Origin: Tepidisphaerales bacterium
GTDB taxonomy: Bacteria > Planctomycetota > Phycisphaerae > Tepidisphaerales > Tepidisphaeraceae
Direction: 5' to 3'
DNA length: 53,733 bases
NCBI GenBank assembly: GCA_038223165.1
Contig: JBBRHE010000001.1
Span: 1-53,733, forward strand
The notes under the pieces were generated by a model, which was not told where the DNA came from, did no database searches, and worked only from the letters and a program-made list of their open reading frames with translations. Within the stretch, counting starts at the first letter, position 1, and the number at the start of each line of letters is the position of its first letter. Shown here one piece after another: positions 28,073-36,471 of the stretch. A program made the position numbers and the translations under genes.

Positions 28073-28489
28073 CTACGGTTTTCCTCGTACGGCCTCGTTC
28101 TGCTTGTCCAACAACGCTTTCACTTCCGGTGGTGACGGTGCGTCCGTATTGAACTCACCGAGCATCCGGTCATGGCGGAACGACCGAGCGGCGACCAGGC
28201 GAAGCTTCTTTTCGCCTGGAAACCACTGGTACGCCGCCAGCGTTTGCGCGTCGACATCCATGAGATAACAGCCAAACGTGTTTGACGCGAATTGCCCCGG
28301 CACAATGAACAGGCCCGCGCCACCCGCAAAGGCTGGCTGATTCTGCCCATAGGCAGCAGGCAACTCGGGCAACAGCTTTACATCCGACCGGTTCAATAAA
28401 ACGACGGCGATCAACGCCAGCACACCCGCATTCATGTAGAGCGCGACGACGATGCTGCGGTTGGTGCGTGAGGGAGAGGCTGGCTGCAT
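28073..28489 (-). CDS. Hypothetical membrane-anchored protein (138 aa)
   Basis: ATG at 28489 and one TM helix (IVVALYMNAGVLALIAVVLL). It is co-directional with, and 43 nt upstream of, the HTH-membrane gene. Confidence 0.5.
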   Translation of the reverse strand: MQPASPSRTNRSIVVALYMNAGVLALIAVVLLNRSDVKLLPELPAAYGQNQPAFAGGAGLFIVPGQFASNTFGCYLMDVDAQTLAAYQWFPGEKKLRLVAARSFRHDRMLGEFNTDAPSPPEVKALLDKQNEAVRGKP

Positions 28490-28620
28490 GAGGGACAATC
28501 CACACTGAGCCGCGATGGAGGTCGCGCGGTGACTAATCGTGCTGGCCGTCGTTTCCGCGTCGCGTATTATACGACCGCGCCCGGTTGTCGCAAATGTAAA
28601 TGCAGCGGTAGCAGTATGAA

Positions 28621-29448
28621 ATGAGCCAATCCGAGCAGCCGATAACCTCACCCGCCATCGTCCGGCGACTGGGCCCACCCGGGAAATGGTTCCAGTTCGG
28701 CTCGATCGACGGGTTCGAGTGGACCCACGTCACTCTCCCCGTTATCGACCTGCCAGATGGGCTGGTCGGCACCCGCATCGTCCACCTCACCGACCTCCAC
28801 GCCACTTCCAAGTGGCACACAGCGTACGACGTCATCCTCGAGAACATCCGCGCCGCCAAACCCGACCTGGTCCTCATCACCGGTGATTTTGTCGACGACA
28901 AGATCGACCACATCCCCGCTTTACCGACCATCGGCCGGTTCATTGATGGCCTATCCGCCAAACTGGGCATTTACGGCATCCTCGGCAACCACGACAGCGC
29001 CCATTTTGAGTCCCGACTGGTCGGGTCGACCGTCACGCTGCTCAACGGTCAGTCCACGACCGTCTCGCGCAACGGGTGCCCGATCGAACTGATCGGCATG
29101 CCCGGGGCCGAGCGATGGGATCTGACCGACGCCTGGATCGACGCCTTCCCACCCCCGGCGCCGTCCGTGCCAAGAATTGTGATGTCCCACTTCCCCGACC
29201 ACGTCCGCCATCTGAAGCGCCTCTCGCCCGACATGCTCCTTTGCGGTCACACGCATGGTGGGCAGATCTGCCTGCCGGGCCGCATCGTCGTCCGACATAA
29301 CGACAAACTGCCCCGTAAGTACAACAACGGCGTCCACCGCATCGACAACACCTGGCTCATCGCCAATCGCGGGCTGGGGTACACGACGATCCCGTTGCGA
29401 TTGTTCTGCCCAAGTGAAGTGATCGAGATCGAGTTGATCCGCGCGTGA
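28621..29448 (+). CDS. Calcineurin-like metallophosphoesterase (YaeI-like)
   Basis: Motifs HLTDLH, ITGDFVDD, GNHD and GHTHGGQI. Confidence 0.85.
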   Translation: MSQSEQPITSPAIVRRLGPPGKWFQFGSIDGFEWTHVTLPVIDLPDGLVGTRIVHLTDLHATSKWHTAYDVILENIRAAKPDLVLITGDFVDDKIDHIPALPTIGRFIDGLSAKLGIYGILGNHDSAHFESRLVGSTVTLLNGQSTTVSRNGCPIELIGMPGAERWDLTDAWIDAFPPPAPSVPRIVMSHFPDHVRHLKRLSPDMLLCGHTHGGQICLPGRIVVRHNDKLPRKYNNGVHRIDNTWLIANRGLGYTTIPLRLFCPSEVIEIELIRA

Positions 29449-29545
29449 TGACCCCCCAATTACACAGAGCGCTCGAGTTCGTCTGTCTCTATGTCATTCG
29501 TGGCTTGACGTGCCCGGCCATCCATCCGAACATCCAGATGAAGCG

Positions 29546-30499
29546 ATGAAAGAACCGACCGGGCAACCCGAGCGATTGCTGTTTCAGTTGGAGTGCATCA
29601 CCGATGACACCCGGCTGCGCCTGTTGCGGTTGCTCGAACGCCACGAACTGGGTGTCGCCGAGATATGCGACGTGCTGCAGATGCCGCAGTCGACTGTCAG
29701 CCGGCATTTGAAAGTGCTGACCGAGGGGAACTGGACGCGCGCCCGCAGGCAGGGGACGAACCACCTCTATCGCACGATTCTCGACGAGCTGGACCCGTCG
29801 GCCCGTAAGTTGTGGTTGCTGGCGCGCGAACAGACCGAAAACTGGGCGACGACGAAGCAGGACGAACTGCGCCTGGCGAGGCGCCTCAGTCAACGGCAAG
29901 GGGACGCGCAGGCGTTCTTCGCTGGCGCGGCAGGGCAGTGGGACAAACTGCGTGGCGAGTTGTATGGGGAATCGTTCACGACCGCAGCCATGCTCGCGCT
30001 GCTGAGTGACGACCTGGTCGTCGCCGACCTCGGTTGCGGTACCGGTCCGGTCACCGCGATGCTCGCGCCGTACGTGAAGCAGGTGATTTCGGTCGACAAC
30101 AGTGTCGCGATGCTCAAGGCCGCCAAAAAACGCGTCGGAGACCTGCCCAACGTCGACCTTCGCCGAGGTGACCTGACGAGTCTTCCCATCGACGACGCCA
30201 GCGCCGATGCATCGTTGCTGGTCCTGGCGCTGACCTACGTCAACGATCCTGCCACTGCGATCAATGAGGCCAGCCGTGTGTTGCGCAAGGGTGGCCGGTC
30301 GATCATCGTCGACCTGCTACCGCACGACCGCGACGACTTCCGCAGGCAGATGGGGCAGGTGTCATCGGGGTTTGAACCGAAGCTGATCGAACAGCACATG
30401 ACGGCAGCGGGTCTGTCGGATGTGAAAGTCCTGCCGTTGACACCGGAATCCGAAGTAAAGGGCCCGGCGCTCTTTCTGGCAACGGGTCGGCGAATGTAG
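29546..30499 (+). CDS. ArsR-type HTH fused to SAM-dependent methyltransferase-like domain (SahR-like regulator)
   Basis: ArsR wHTH (RLRLLRLLERHELGVAEICDVLQMPQSTVSRHLKVL) followed by a class I MTase fold (VADLGCGTGPV). The start could be ATG 29546 or GTG 29510. It lies immediately upstream of ahcY. Confidence 0.8.
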   Translation: MKEPTGQPERLLFQLECITDDTRLRLLRLLERHELGVAEICDVLQMPQSTVSRHLKVLTEGNWTRARRQGTNHLYRTILDELDPSARKLWLLAREQTENWATTKQDELRLARRLSQRQGDAQAFFAGAAGQWDKLRGELYGESFTTAAMLALLSDDLVVADLGCGTGPVTAMLAPYVKQVISVDNSVAMLKAAKKRVGDLPNVDLRRGDLTSLPIDDASADASLLVLALTYVNDPATAINEASRVLRKGGRSIIVDLLPHDRDDFRRQMGQVSSGFEPKLIEQHMTAAGLSDVKVLPLTPESEVKGPALFLATGRRM

Positions 30500-30552
30500 G
30501 TCGCTCACTATTGTCCGGGGGGAGCTGACGGCGAACAAACCGATTACGCGGG

Positions 30553-30580
30553 TTGACTTTACCTAACTTTGTGCTAACAT
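30553..30580 (+). promoter_or_regulatory. Distal sigma70-like promoter in the ahcY upstream region
   Basis: TTGACT (30553-30558), 16-nt spacer, extended -10 TGcTAACAT (30572-30580). Confidence 0.35.
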
Positions 30581-30730
30581 TAACTACGGTTAAGCTGCGC
30601 GTTACGGCGCGCGTTGCACGCTTAGCGCCCGGCACTCCCCAAGGAGTGCAAAGCAGAAAGGGAGAGGCCATGTCCCGTCAGTTTGATGAGAATCAGCAGG
30701 AGATCAACCGACGCACGATTGAATATTTCG

Positions 30731-30780
30731 TGTCGGTTTCGGTCGTTTCCATGTCGGTTGTATGTCGGTTTGTGTCGGTT
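30731..30780 (+). repeat. Helically phased TGTCGGTT octamer array
   Basis: Exact TGTCGGTT copies start at 30731, 30752, 30763 and 30773, with degenerate copies near 30741 and 30783. Spacing is 10-11 bp. Confidence 0.65.
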
Positions 30781-30891
30781 CTGTGCGGGCGTGATTGTCC
30801 GGAACTATCGGTCGGTAAGGAACTTACGAAATTCGCAGGGCCTGGAAGGTTCTCGAAGTTTTATTATGACGTTCTGTACGGGGGGATTCGC

Positions 30892-30930
30892 TTGACGGGG
30901 GGGCGTTCATTCAGCATTATATCCGGATAT
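30892..30930 (+). promoter_or_regulatory. Proximal sigma70-like promoter with overlapping 12-bp perfect palindrome (candidate operator)
   Basis: TTGACG (30892-30897), 17-nt spacer, CATTAT (30915-20). The palindrome ATATCCGGATAT (30919-30930) overlaps the -10 box, ~70 nt upstream of the ahcY ATG. Confidence 0.35.
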
Positions 30931-30998
30931 TCGGATGGAGTTGATGCTCCCCGATGCACGCGAATCGTAGAGACTGACATACATGCAGGAGTCCGATC

Positions 30999-32483
30999 AT
31001 GACGCAGACACTGAGCGCACCATCGTTGCGCAGCACGTTCAAGGCCGATCTCGAGTTCAAGGTTGCCGACCTGTCGTTGGCCGACTGGGGTCGCAAGGAG
31101 CTGATGCTCGCCGAGCAGGAGATGCCGGGGTTGATGGCGTGTCGTGCCGAGTACGGCGCGAGCAAGCCACTTAAGGGTCTGCGTATCGTTGGGTCGTTGC
31201 ACATGACGATCCAGACGGGCGTGCTGATCGAGACGCTGGTTGTGTTGGGTGCCGAGGTGCGTTGGTGTTCGTGCAACATCTTCAGCACCCAGGACCATGC
31301 CGCCGCCGCGATCGTCGTCGGGCCGGAAGGGACCGTCGAGGAGCCCAAGGGTGTTCCGGTCTTCGCGTGGAAGGGTGAGACGCTGCCCGAGTACTGGTGG
31401 TGCACCGACCGCGCGATGGACTTTGGTGACGGCAAGGGCCCACAGCAGATCGTCGACGACGGTGGAGACGTCACGCTGCTGATCCACAAGGGCGTCGAGT
31501 TCGAGGCCGCCAAGAAGGTGCCCGCGTTCAACGCCGAAAGTGACCCTGAAGAGTGGGGCGTCATCCTCGATTTGCTCCGTCAGACGGTGAGCGAGACCCC
31601 CAGCCGCTGGACGATTATCGCGCGGGATGTGCAGGGTGTTTCAGAAGAAACAACCACCGGTGTGCACCGCTTATACGAGATGCAGAAGGCCGGCAAACTG
31701 CTGTTCCCTGCGATCAACGTCAATGACAGTGTGACCAAGAGCAAGTTCGACAACCTGTACGGCTGCCGGCATTCGCTGGTGGACGGGTTGTTCCGCGCGA
31801 CGGACGTGATGATCAGCGGCAAGGTCGCGGTCGTGTGCGGCTACGGTGACGTCGGTAAGGGGTGCTGCCAGAGCCTTAAGGGTCAGGGCGCCCGTGTGAT
31901 CGTGACCGAAGTTGACCCGATCTGTGCATTGCAGGCTGCGATGGAGGGTTACCAGGTCCTGACGCTGGAAGACACGCTTAGCTACGCCGACATGTTCATC
32001 ACGACGACCGGCAACCTGAACATCATCACCGCCGACCACATGGCCAAGATGAAGGACAAAGCGATCGTCGGCAATATCGGTCACTTCGACAACGAGATCG
32101 ACATGGCCGGGTTGAAGAAGGTCAAGGGGATCACCAAGACCAACATCAAGCCGCAGTACGACATGTGGACATTTGCCGATGGTCACAGCATCCTGATCCT
32201 GGCTGAGGGTCGGTTGCTGAACCTCGGTTGCGCCACCGGCCACCCGAGCTTCGTGATGAGCGCGAGCTTCACAAACCAGACGATCGCCCAGATCGAATTG
32301 GCGACGAACAACGCGCAGTATGAGAAGAAGGTCTACGTGCTGCCCAAGAAGCTGGACGAGAAGGTCGCCCGGTTGCACCTGGACAAGCTCGGTGTGAAGC
32401 TGACGAAGCTGAACAAGACACAGGCCGACTACATCAGCGTCCCGCAGGATGGGCCGTACAAGTCGGATCATTATCGGTACTAA
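30999..32483 (+). CDS. ahcY: Adenosylhomocysteinase (S-adenosyl-L-homocysteine hydrolase)
   Basis: Full-length AhcY signature throughout ([25 protein letters not shown]; NAD-binding GYGDVGKG; GHFDNEID). AGGAG lies 7 nt upstream of the ATG. Confidence 0.95.
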   Translation: MTQTLSAPSLRSTFKADLEFKVADLSLADWGRKELMLAEQEMPGLMACRAEYGASKPLKGLRIVGSLHMTIQTGVLIETLVVLGAEVRWCSCNIFSTQDHAAAAIVVGPEGTVEEPKGVPVFAWKGETLPEYWWCTDRAMDFGDGKGPQQIVDDGGDVTLLIHKGVEFEAAKKVPAFNAESDPEEWGVILDLLRQTVSETPSRWTIIARDVQGVSEETTTGVHRLYEMQKAGKLLFPAINVNDSVTKSKFDNLYGCRHSLVDGLFRATDVMISGKVAVVCGYGDVGKGCCQSLKGQGARVIVTEVDPICALQAAMEGYQVLTLEDTLSYADMFITTTGNLNIITADHMAKMKDKAIVGNIGHFDNEIDMAGLKKVKGITKTNIKPQYDMWTFADGHSILILAEGRLLNLGCATGHPSFVMSASFTNQTIAQIELATNNAQYEKKVYVLPKKLDEKVARLHLDKLGVKLTKLNKTQADYISVPQDGPYKSDHYRY

Positions 32484-32522
32484 GTTTGGCTGAGGGGAAA
32501 TGATCGAAGAACAAGCCATAGC

Positions 32523-32550
32523 GCGGACCAGCCTCTTTAGGCTGGTCCGC
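32523..32550 (+). terminator. Hairpin terminator after ahcY
   Basis: Perfect 11-bp stem gcggaccagcc / ggctggtccgc with a 6-nt loop. There is no strong T-tract. Confidence 0.5.
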
Positions 32551-32586
32551 TGCGTTGCATCATAGGAAAGTAAGATCGGGCACCTT

Positions 32587-32620
32587 ACAATCATAGGATA
32601 ACGGTTTATCCTATGATTGT
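32587..32620. repeat. Perfect 15-bp-arm AT-rich palindrome
   Basis: acaatcataggataa-cggt-ttatcctatgattgt. The AT-richness is conspicuous in a GC-rich background. Confidence 0.75.
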
Positions 32621-32700
32621 CGGTGGTGAGATCGTCGCGACCTTTGAACTGAAAAAGATCACTGTGCCGAGGGGATGTAAATGGCTTCCATTCATAAGTT

Positions 32701-33063
32701 TACGACTGGATCGCCTGGTCGATTGGTGCGCAACTTAGAGGGGCGCGCCTGCGGGTTGCCGCCATCGAGTCGATGCAGAAGTTGACCGAACTACTCGCGA
32801 TGCAGCGCGAGTACCACGCGCTGACCTGATCAGCGCGCAACTCGGCGTTGCTGCTAACGCTCGTCGACAACCTCTTCATCCGACCGGTCATCACCGTGCC
32901 GGAAGCGGCCGAACTGATGGGCGTCACGTGGGCGGCAGGCAACACCAGCGTCCAGAAGCTCGTCGAGGCTGGCATCCTGCGACCCCGTACAACTACCAAG
33001 CCGACACGATACGTCGCCGACGCCATCTTAAAGGCCGTCAACGCCGAACCGACCCGGCGATAG
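32701..33063 (+). pseudogene. Fic/DOC-family protein C-terminal remnant (no Fic motif, in-frame stop)
   Basis: Frame 1 reads YDWIAWSIGAQLRGARLRVAAIESMQKLTELLAMQREYHALT, then a stop, then SARNSALLLTLVDNLFIRPVITVPEAAELMGVTWAAGNTSVQKLVEAGILRP...YVADAILKAV. This resembles the C-terminal winged-helix part of Fic proteins. The catalytic N-terminal part is absent. Confidence 0.45.
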
Positions 33064-33119
33064 GCACCAATGCGCCCGGCGCGCGCGTTCGCGTGCGCCC
33101 TCCTATCATCGGCAAGCGT

Positions 33120-34052
33120 ATGCCCTCACTGCTCCGCTGCTACTCGTCCGACGCCTACTTCGCGCCACTGCCGCCGGGGCATGTCTTCCCGATGGACAAA
33201 TTCCCCCAGTCAGCAGCGGCGGTGCGGGATCGCGGTCTGGGGATCGTGATCGACCCGGGCCGCATCGGTGATTCCGACCTGATGCGCGTCCACACGCGAG
33301 CGTACGTAGCGTCGATCCGAACGGGTCAGTACAACGACGCGACCCAGCGAAGGCTCGGGTTGCCGTGGTCGCAGCGGTTAAGCGATCGCAGTCACGCCGC
33401 CACCGCCGGCACGCTCACCGCGACCCGCGCTGCGCTGGTGGACGGCATCGCTGCCAACCTCGCCGGTGGCACGCACCACGCATTCGTCGACCGTGGTGAA
33501 GGGTTCTGCGTCTTCAACGACGTCGCCGTCGCGATTTGCGCCCTAAGACAGGATGAACCGCTGCTGCACGCGATGGTCATCGACCTCGACGCCCACCAGG
33601 GCAACGGCACCAACGCCATCTTCGCGAACGACCCGTTCACGTTCACGTACAGCGTCCACGTTGCTCGCAACTACCCGAGCGACAAGGTGCCCGGCAGTCG
33701 CGACGTCGGCCTGTCGCGCTTTGCCGAGGCCGATGAGTACTTCACGAACCTGGAGGCGACCCTGCCCAGCGAGGTAGAACGGTTCGAGCCCGACCTCGTC
33801 TTCTACAACGCCGGTGTGGACGTCCACATCGACGACCGCTTCGGTCAGATGCGGTTGAGCACTGCAGACATGGCCCGGCGCGACCGCTACGTCATCAACT
33901 CGTGTCGCGACTGGGCGATCCCGACCGTCGTGGTTTACGGTGGTGGCTACAACAAGACGCCCGGCATGACGGCCGAACTGCATGTCCAAACCATCCGCAT
34001 CGCCAGCGAGCGATTTAACGCGGACCACGAAGCCCGCCGCGCGTCCGCCTGA
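33120..34052 (+). CDS. Histone deacetylase-like (HDAC/AcuC family) amidohydrolase
   Basis: The GGTHHA, DLDAHQGNGT and GGGY motifs are in the expected order. Start is the ATG at 33120. Confidence 0.85.
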   Translation: MPSLLRCYSSDAYFAPLPPGHVFPMDKFPQSAAAVRDRGLGIVIDPGRIGDSDLMRVHTRAYVASIRTGQYNDATQRRLGLPWSQRLSDRSHAATAGTLTATRAALVDGIAANLAGGTHHAFVDRGEGFCVFNDVAVAICALRQDEPLLHAMVIDLDAHQGNGTNAIFANDPFTFTYSVHVARNYPSDKVPGSRDVGLSRFAEADEYFTNLEATLPSEVERFEPDLVFYNAGVDVHIDDRFGQMRLSTADMARRDRYVINSCRDWAIPTVVVYGGGYNKTPGMTAELHVQTIRIASERFNADHEARRASA

Positions 34053-34283
34053 CGGGGTCCAAAAGTCTCATGAGGGGGTTCCGATGCAAATTCCGCGTAG
34101 GGCTGTGATCCGGAATCGGCCGCGTCGCCTTACGAAAACTGCGGAGGGTTGTGTCAGCTTTTCTAAACTCGATCCCAGAACGTGCAAAAGCGACGCGCCG
34201 GAAAGGACGATGATGCCGGTGGACTGGCCTGCGCGCGTTAGACCGCGCAGACCATTGCCTGCGGAACACGGAAGAGGTCCACC

Positions 34284-35486
34284 ATGCTCGCACGAGATCG
34301 ACTACGTCTGATAAACATGATCGCAATTGCTGCGTGCATCACGTTCGGTGGTGCCGTGTGGGGCGCCGCGCCGGTGGGGTATGGTCATGATGACGAAGAC
34401 ACGCACGCAGTGCCCAGTGCCAAAACTGCGCCCGTAATAGCGCCAGCGGTTGTGGTGCCTGCCGTGGATACCACAGCGACCAAGGGTGGCCACGATGCTG
34501 CGCCGTCCGTCTCGGCAGCGGATGCGATGAAGCGCCTCGCGGACGGAAACGATCGTTTTGTCGCCGGTGTTCCCCAACGCCCGAACCAGAACATTTCACG
34601 GTTGTGTGAGACCTTCACCGGTGGGCAGCATCCATACGCTGCTGTCCTGTCGTGTGCGGATAGTCGGGTGCCACCCGAACTCGTGTTCGATGCGGGCATC
34701 GGCGACCTGTTCGTGGTGCGCGTCGCGGGTAACGTGGCCGACGTCGACGAGGTCGGCACTCTGGAATATGGCGTCGAGCACCTGGGCATCAACGCGATCG
34801 TCGTCATCGGTCACACAAAGTGCGGCGCGGTGACGGCCGTCGTCGAGAACACGCACGTGACGCCCAACATCGCCAAGCTCGTCGACAACATCGTCCCGGC
34901 GGTCGAGGAATCGCGCAAAGCGTTTCCACAGGTGACAGGCGCTCGACTGGTGACCCGCGCCATTCGCACCAACGTCCGCTACGCTGCCACAGAGCTAACG
35001 GCCCGCAGTCCACTGCTCAAGAAGTATGTGGACAGTGGTCGGTTGAAGATCGTCGGTGGCGTGTACGACCTGCACACAGGGCAAGTCGATTGGATCGATA
35101 GTGGTGAAGGTTCGCCGGTAAAGCTGGGGCCTGTTACCAACGATCCGGCGAGCAACGCTCACGCGCCATCCCATGGTCCATCCAAGGCGGTTGCGGTCGA
35201 TCCGCATGATGCCCACGCCGCACCGGCTGCCGTGCATGGCGATCCACGTTCAAACGCTGAATCAAAACAAGGCGGGCACGATGAGCACTCTGCCGCGACG
35301 GATGTCCATGGTGATCCCATCGCTGCAGCGCCGACAACGAAACCTGCGGCCAAGCAGGAGAACTTCGTCGCGCTCGGAGGCTGCCTCGGCGCCGCGGGTG
35401 TTGCTTCCTGCGCCATCATGTTCTTTATGAAGGGCAAGCCCGCTCAAACCGAACAGCCCATCGCCGCGATTGCTCACCCGGCGTAA
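34284..35486 (+). CDS. Exported beta-class carbonic anhydrase with His-rich C-terminal extension and TM anchor
   Basis: Signal peptide; beta-CA motifs CADSRV and HTKCGAV; a C-terminal ~125 aa that is His/Ala/Pro-rich with two VHGDP repeats; terminal hydrophobic helix. Confidence 0.85.
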   Translation: MLARDRLRLINMIAIAACITFGGAVWGAAPVGYGHDDEDTHAVPSAKTAPVIAPAVVVPAVDTTATKGGHDAAPSVSAADAMKRLADGNDRFVAGVPQRPNQNISRLCETFTGGQHPYAAVLSCADSRVPPELVFDAGIGDLFVVRVAGNVADVDEVGTLEYGVEHLGINAIVVIGHTKCGAVTAVVENTHVTPNIAKLVDNIVPAVEESRKAFPQVTGARLVTRAIRTNVRYAATELTARSPLLKKYVDSGRLKIVGGVYDLHTGQVDWIDSGEGSPVKLGPVTNDPASNAHAPSHGPSKAVAVDPHDAHAAPAAVHGDPRSNAESKQGGHDEHSAATDVHGDPIAAAPTTKPAAKQENFVALGGCLGAAGVASCAIMFFMKGKPAQTEQPIAAIAHPA

Positions 35487-35531
35487 CGGGAGAATGCGGA
35501 CCAGGCGTATCGCGATTAAACGCGAATTGGC

Positions 35532-36386
35532 TTACCGCAATCGTCGGCCATCCGTCAGGGTCTTCTTTGCCATTTCATCCTTGTTCTCGGCTAAGAACTT
35601 CTCGACGGTCTTCATTCGCTCTTCAGGGTTCGGATGGGATGCCAGCATCGCCGGCTGGCGGGAGCCTTTGCTGGCGTCGATGAGGACCTTCATCACGCCG
35701 CGCATGCCTTCGGGGTTGTAACCGGCCTGCATCATGTAGCGCATGCCGATGTCGTCGCTCTGGCGCTCGTCGTCGCGGCCGTACTTCATCTGGATCATCT
35801 GGTTGGCCATTTGTGACGCGATCATGCCGCGCTGATCGTCACTGGCGACCCCGACCGCAGCGGCAATCATCTGGCCCAGCTGGCCCTTGGCCATCTGCTG
35901 GGCCGAATGCTCGGCGATCACGTGACCGATCTCGTGGCCGATGACGCCGGCCAGTTGCGCCTCGGTGTCGAGGCGATCGTACATTCCCATGGTGATGCTC
36001 ACCTGCCCACCGGGAAGTGCAAATGCGTTGATCGTGTTGCTGTCCTTGATCAGGAAGAAGTTGAAGTTGTCCGCAAACGGGCTCTTGGCGGCGTCACTAT
36101 TGGCGACGAGGCGGCGACCCACTTCACTCACCAGCGCAGCGGCGTCGTTCGATCGCGGGTCGACCTGACCACCCATCTGCGGAATCATCTCCTTGGCTGC
36201 CTGCAGGCCGAGCGCCTTCTGCTGGTCAACGCCCATGGCCCGGCGATAGGTCTCACCCGTCTCGGGGTTCGTCACCTTCTCCTTGTTGAAGTAACCGATG
36301 ACCGCCACGAGGATTAAGATGCCCGCGATGATGAACCGACCGCTTCCACCGCGACCTTGACCACGATTGCCGAATCCGAAAGGCAT
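35532..36386 (-). CDS. M48 family zinc metallopeptidase, membrane-anchored
   Basis: HEIGHVIAEH (HExxH) and an N-terminal TM helix. ATG at 36386 with AGGAG upstream. The longer ORF extension is Arg/Pro/Ser-rich and judged noncoding. Confidence 0.85.
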   Translation of the reverse strand: MPFGFGNRGQGRGGSGRFIIAGILILVAVIGYFNKEKVTNPETGETYRRAMGVDQQKALGLQAAKEMIPQMGGQVDPRSNDAAALVSEVGRRLVANSDAAKSPFADNFNFFLIKDSNTINAFALPGGQVSITMGMYDRLDTEAQLAGVIGHEIGHVIAEHSAQQMAKGQLGQMIAAAVGVASDDQRGMIASQMANQMIQMKYGRDDERQSDDIGMRYMMQAGYNPEGMRGVMKVLIDASKGSRQPAMLASHPNPEERMKTVEKFLAENKDEMAKKTLTDGRRLR

Positions 36387-36471
36387 GGAATGCTCCTGTC
36401 TGCTAAGAGGGTTTGTTGTAGCAGGTGTGATGGCGGCCGGGAGCGCACGAAGAGAATCATGTTCTCGCCGT

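Noticed and set aside
30590-30670. Possible SAH riboswitch upstream of ahcY
   Set aside because: I looked for the conserved SAH-riboswitch core (the AGGAGCGCUGC...GGCUCAGG...AACGGCGCUC pattern as I recall it) and found only loose fragments (CUGCGCG, ACGGCGCGC) in the wrong arrangement. I cannot support the call without a covariance-model search, so I left it as a test under the leader finding.
30670-31002. 111-codon ORF upstream of ahcY as a genuine protein-coding gene
   Set aside because: Third-codon positions are A/T-rich, unlike all neighbouring genes. Part of the peptide (VSVSVVSMSVVCRFVSVLCG) simply reflects the TGTCGGTT DNA repeats. I kept it only as a possible regulatory uORF.
31671-32594. 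307-aa minus-strand ORF opposite ahcY
   Set aside because: It is a shadow ORF. The plus frame is textbook AhcY.
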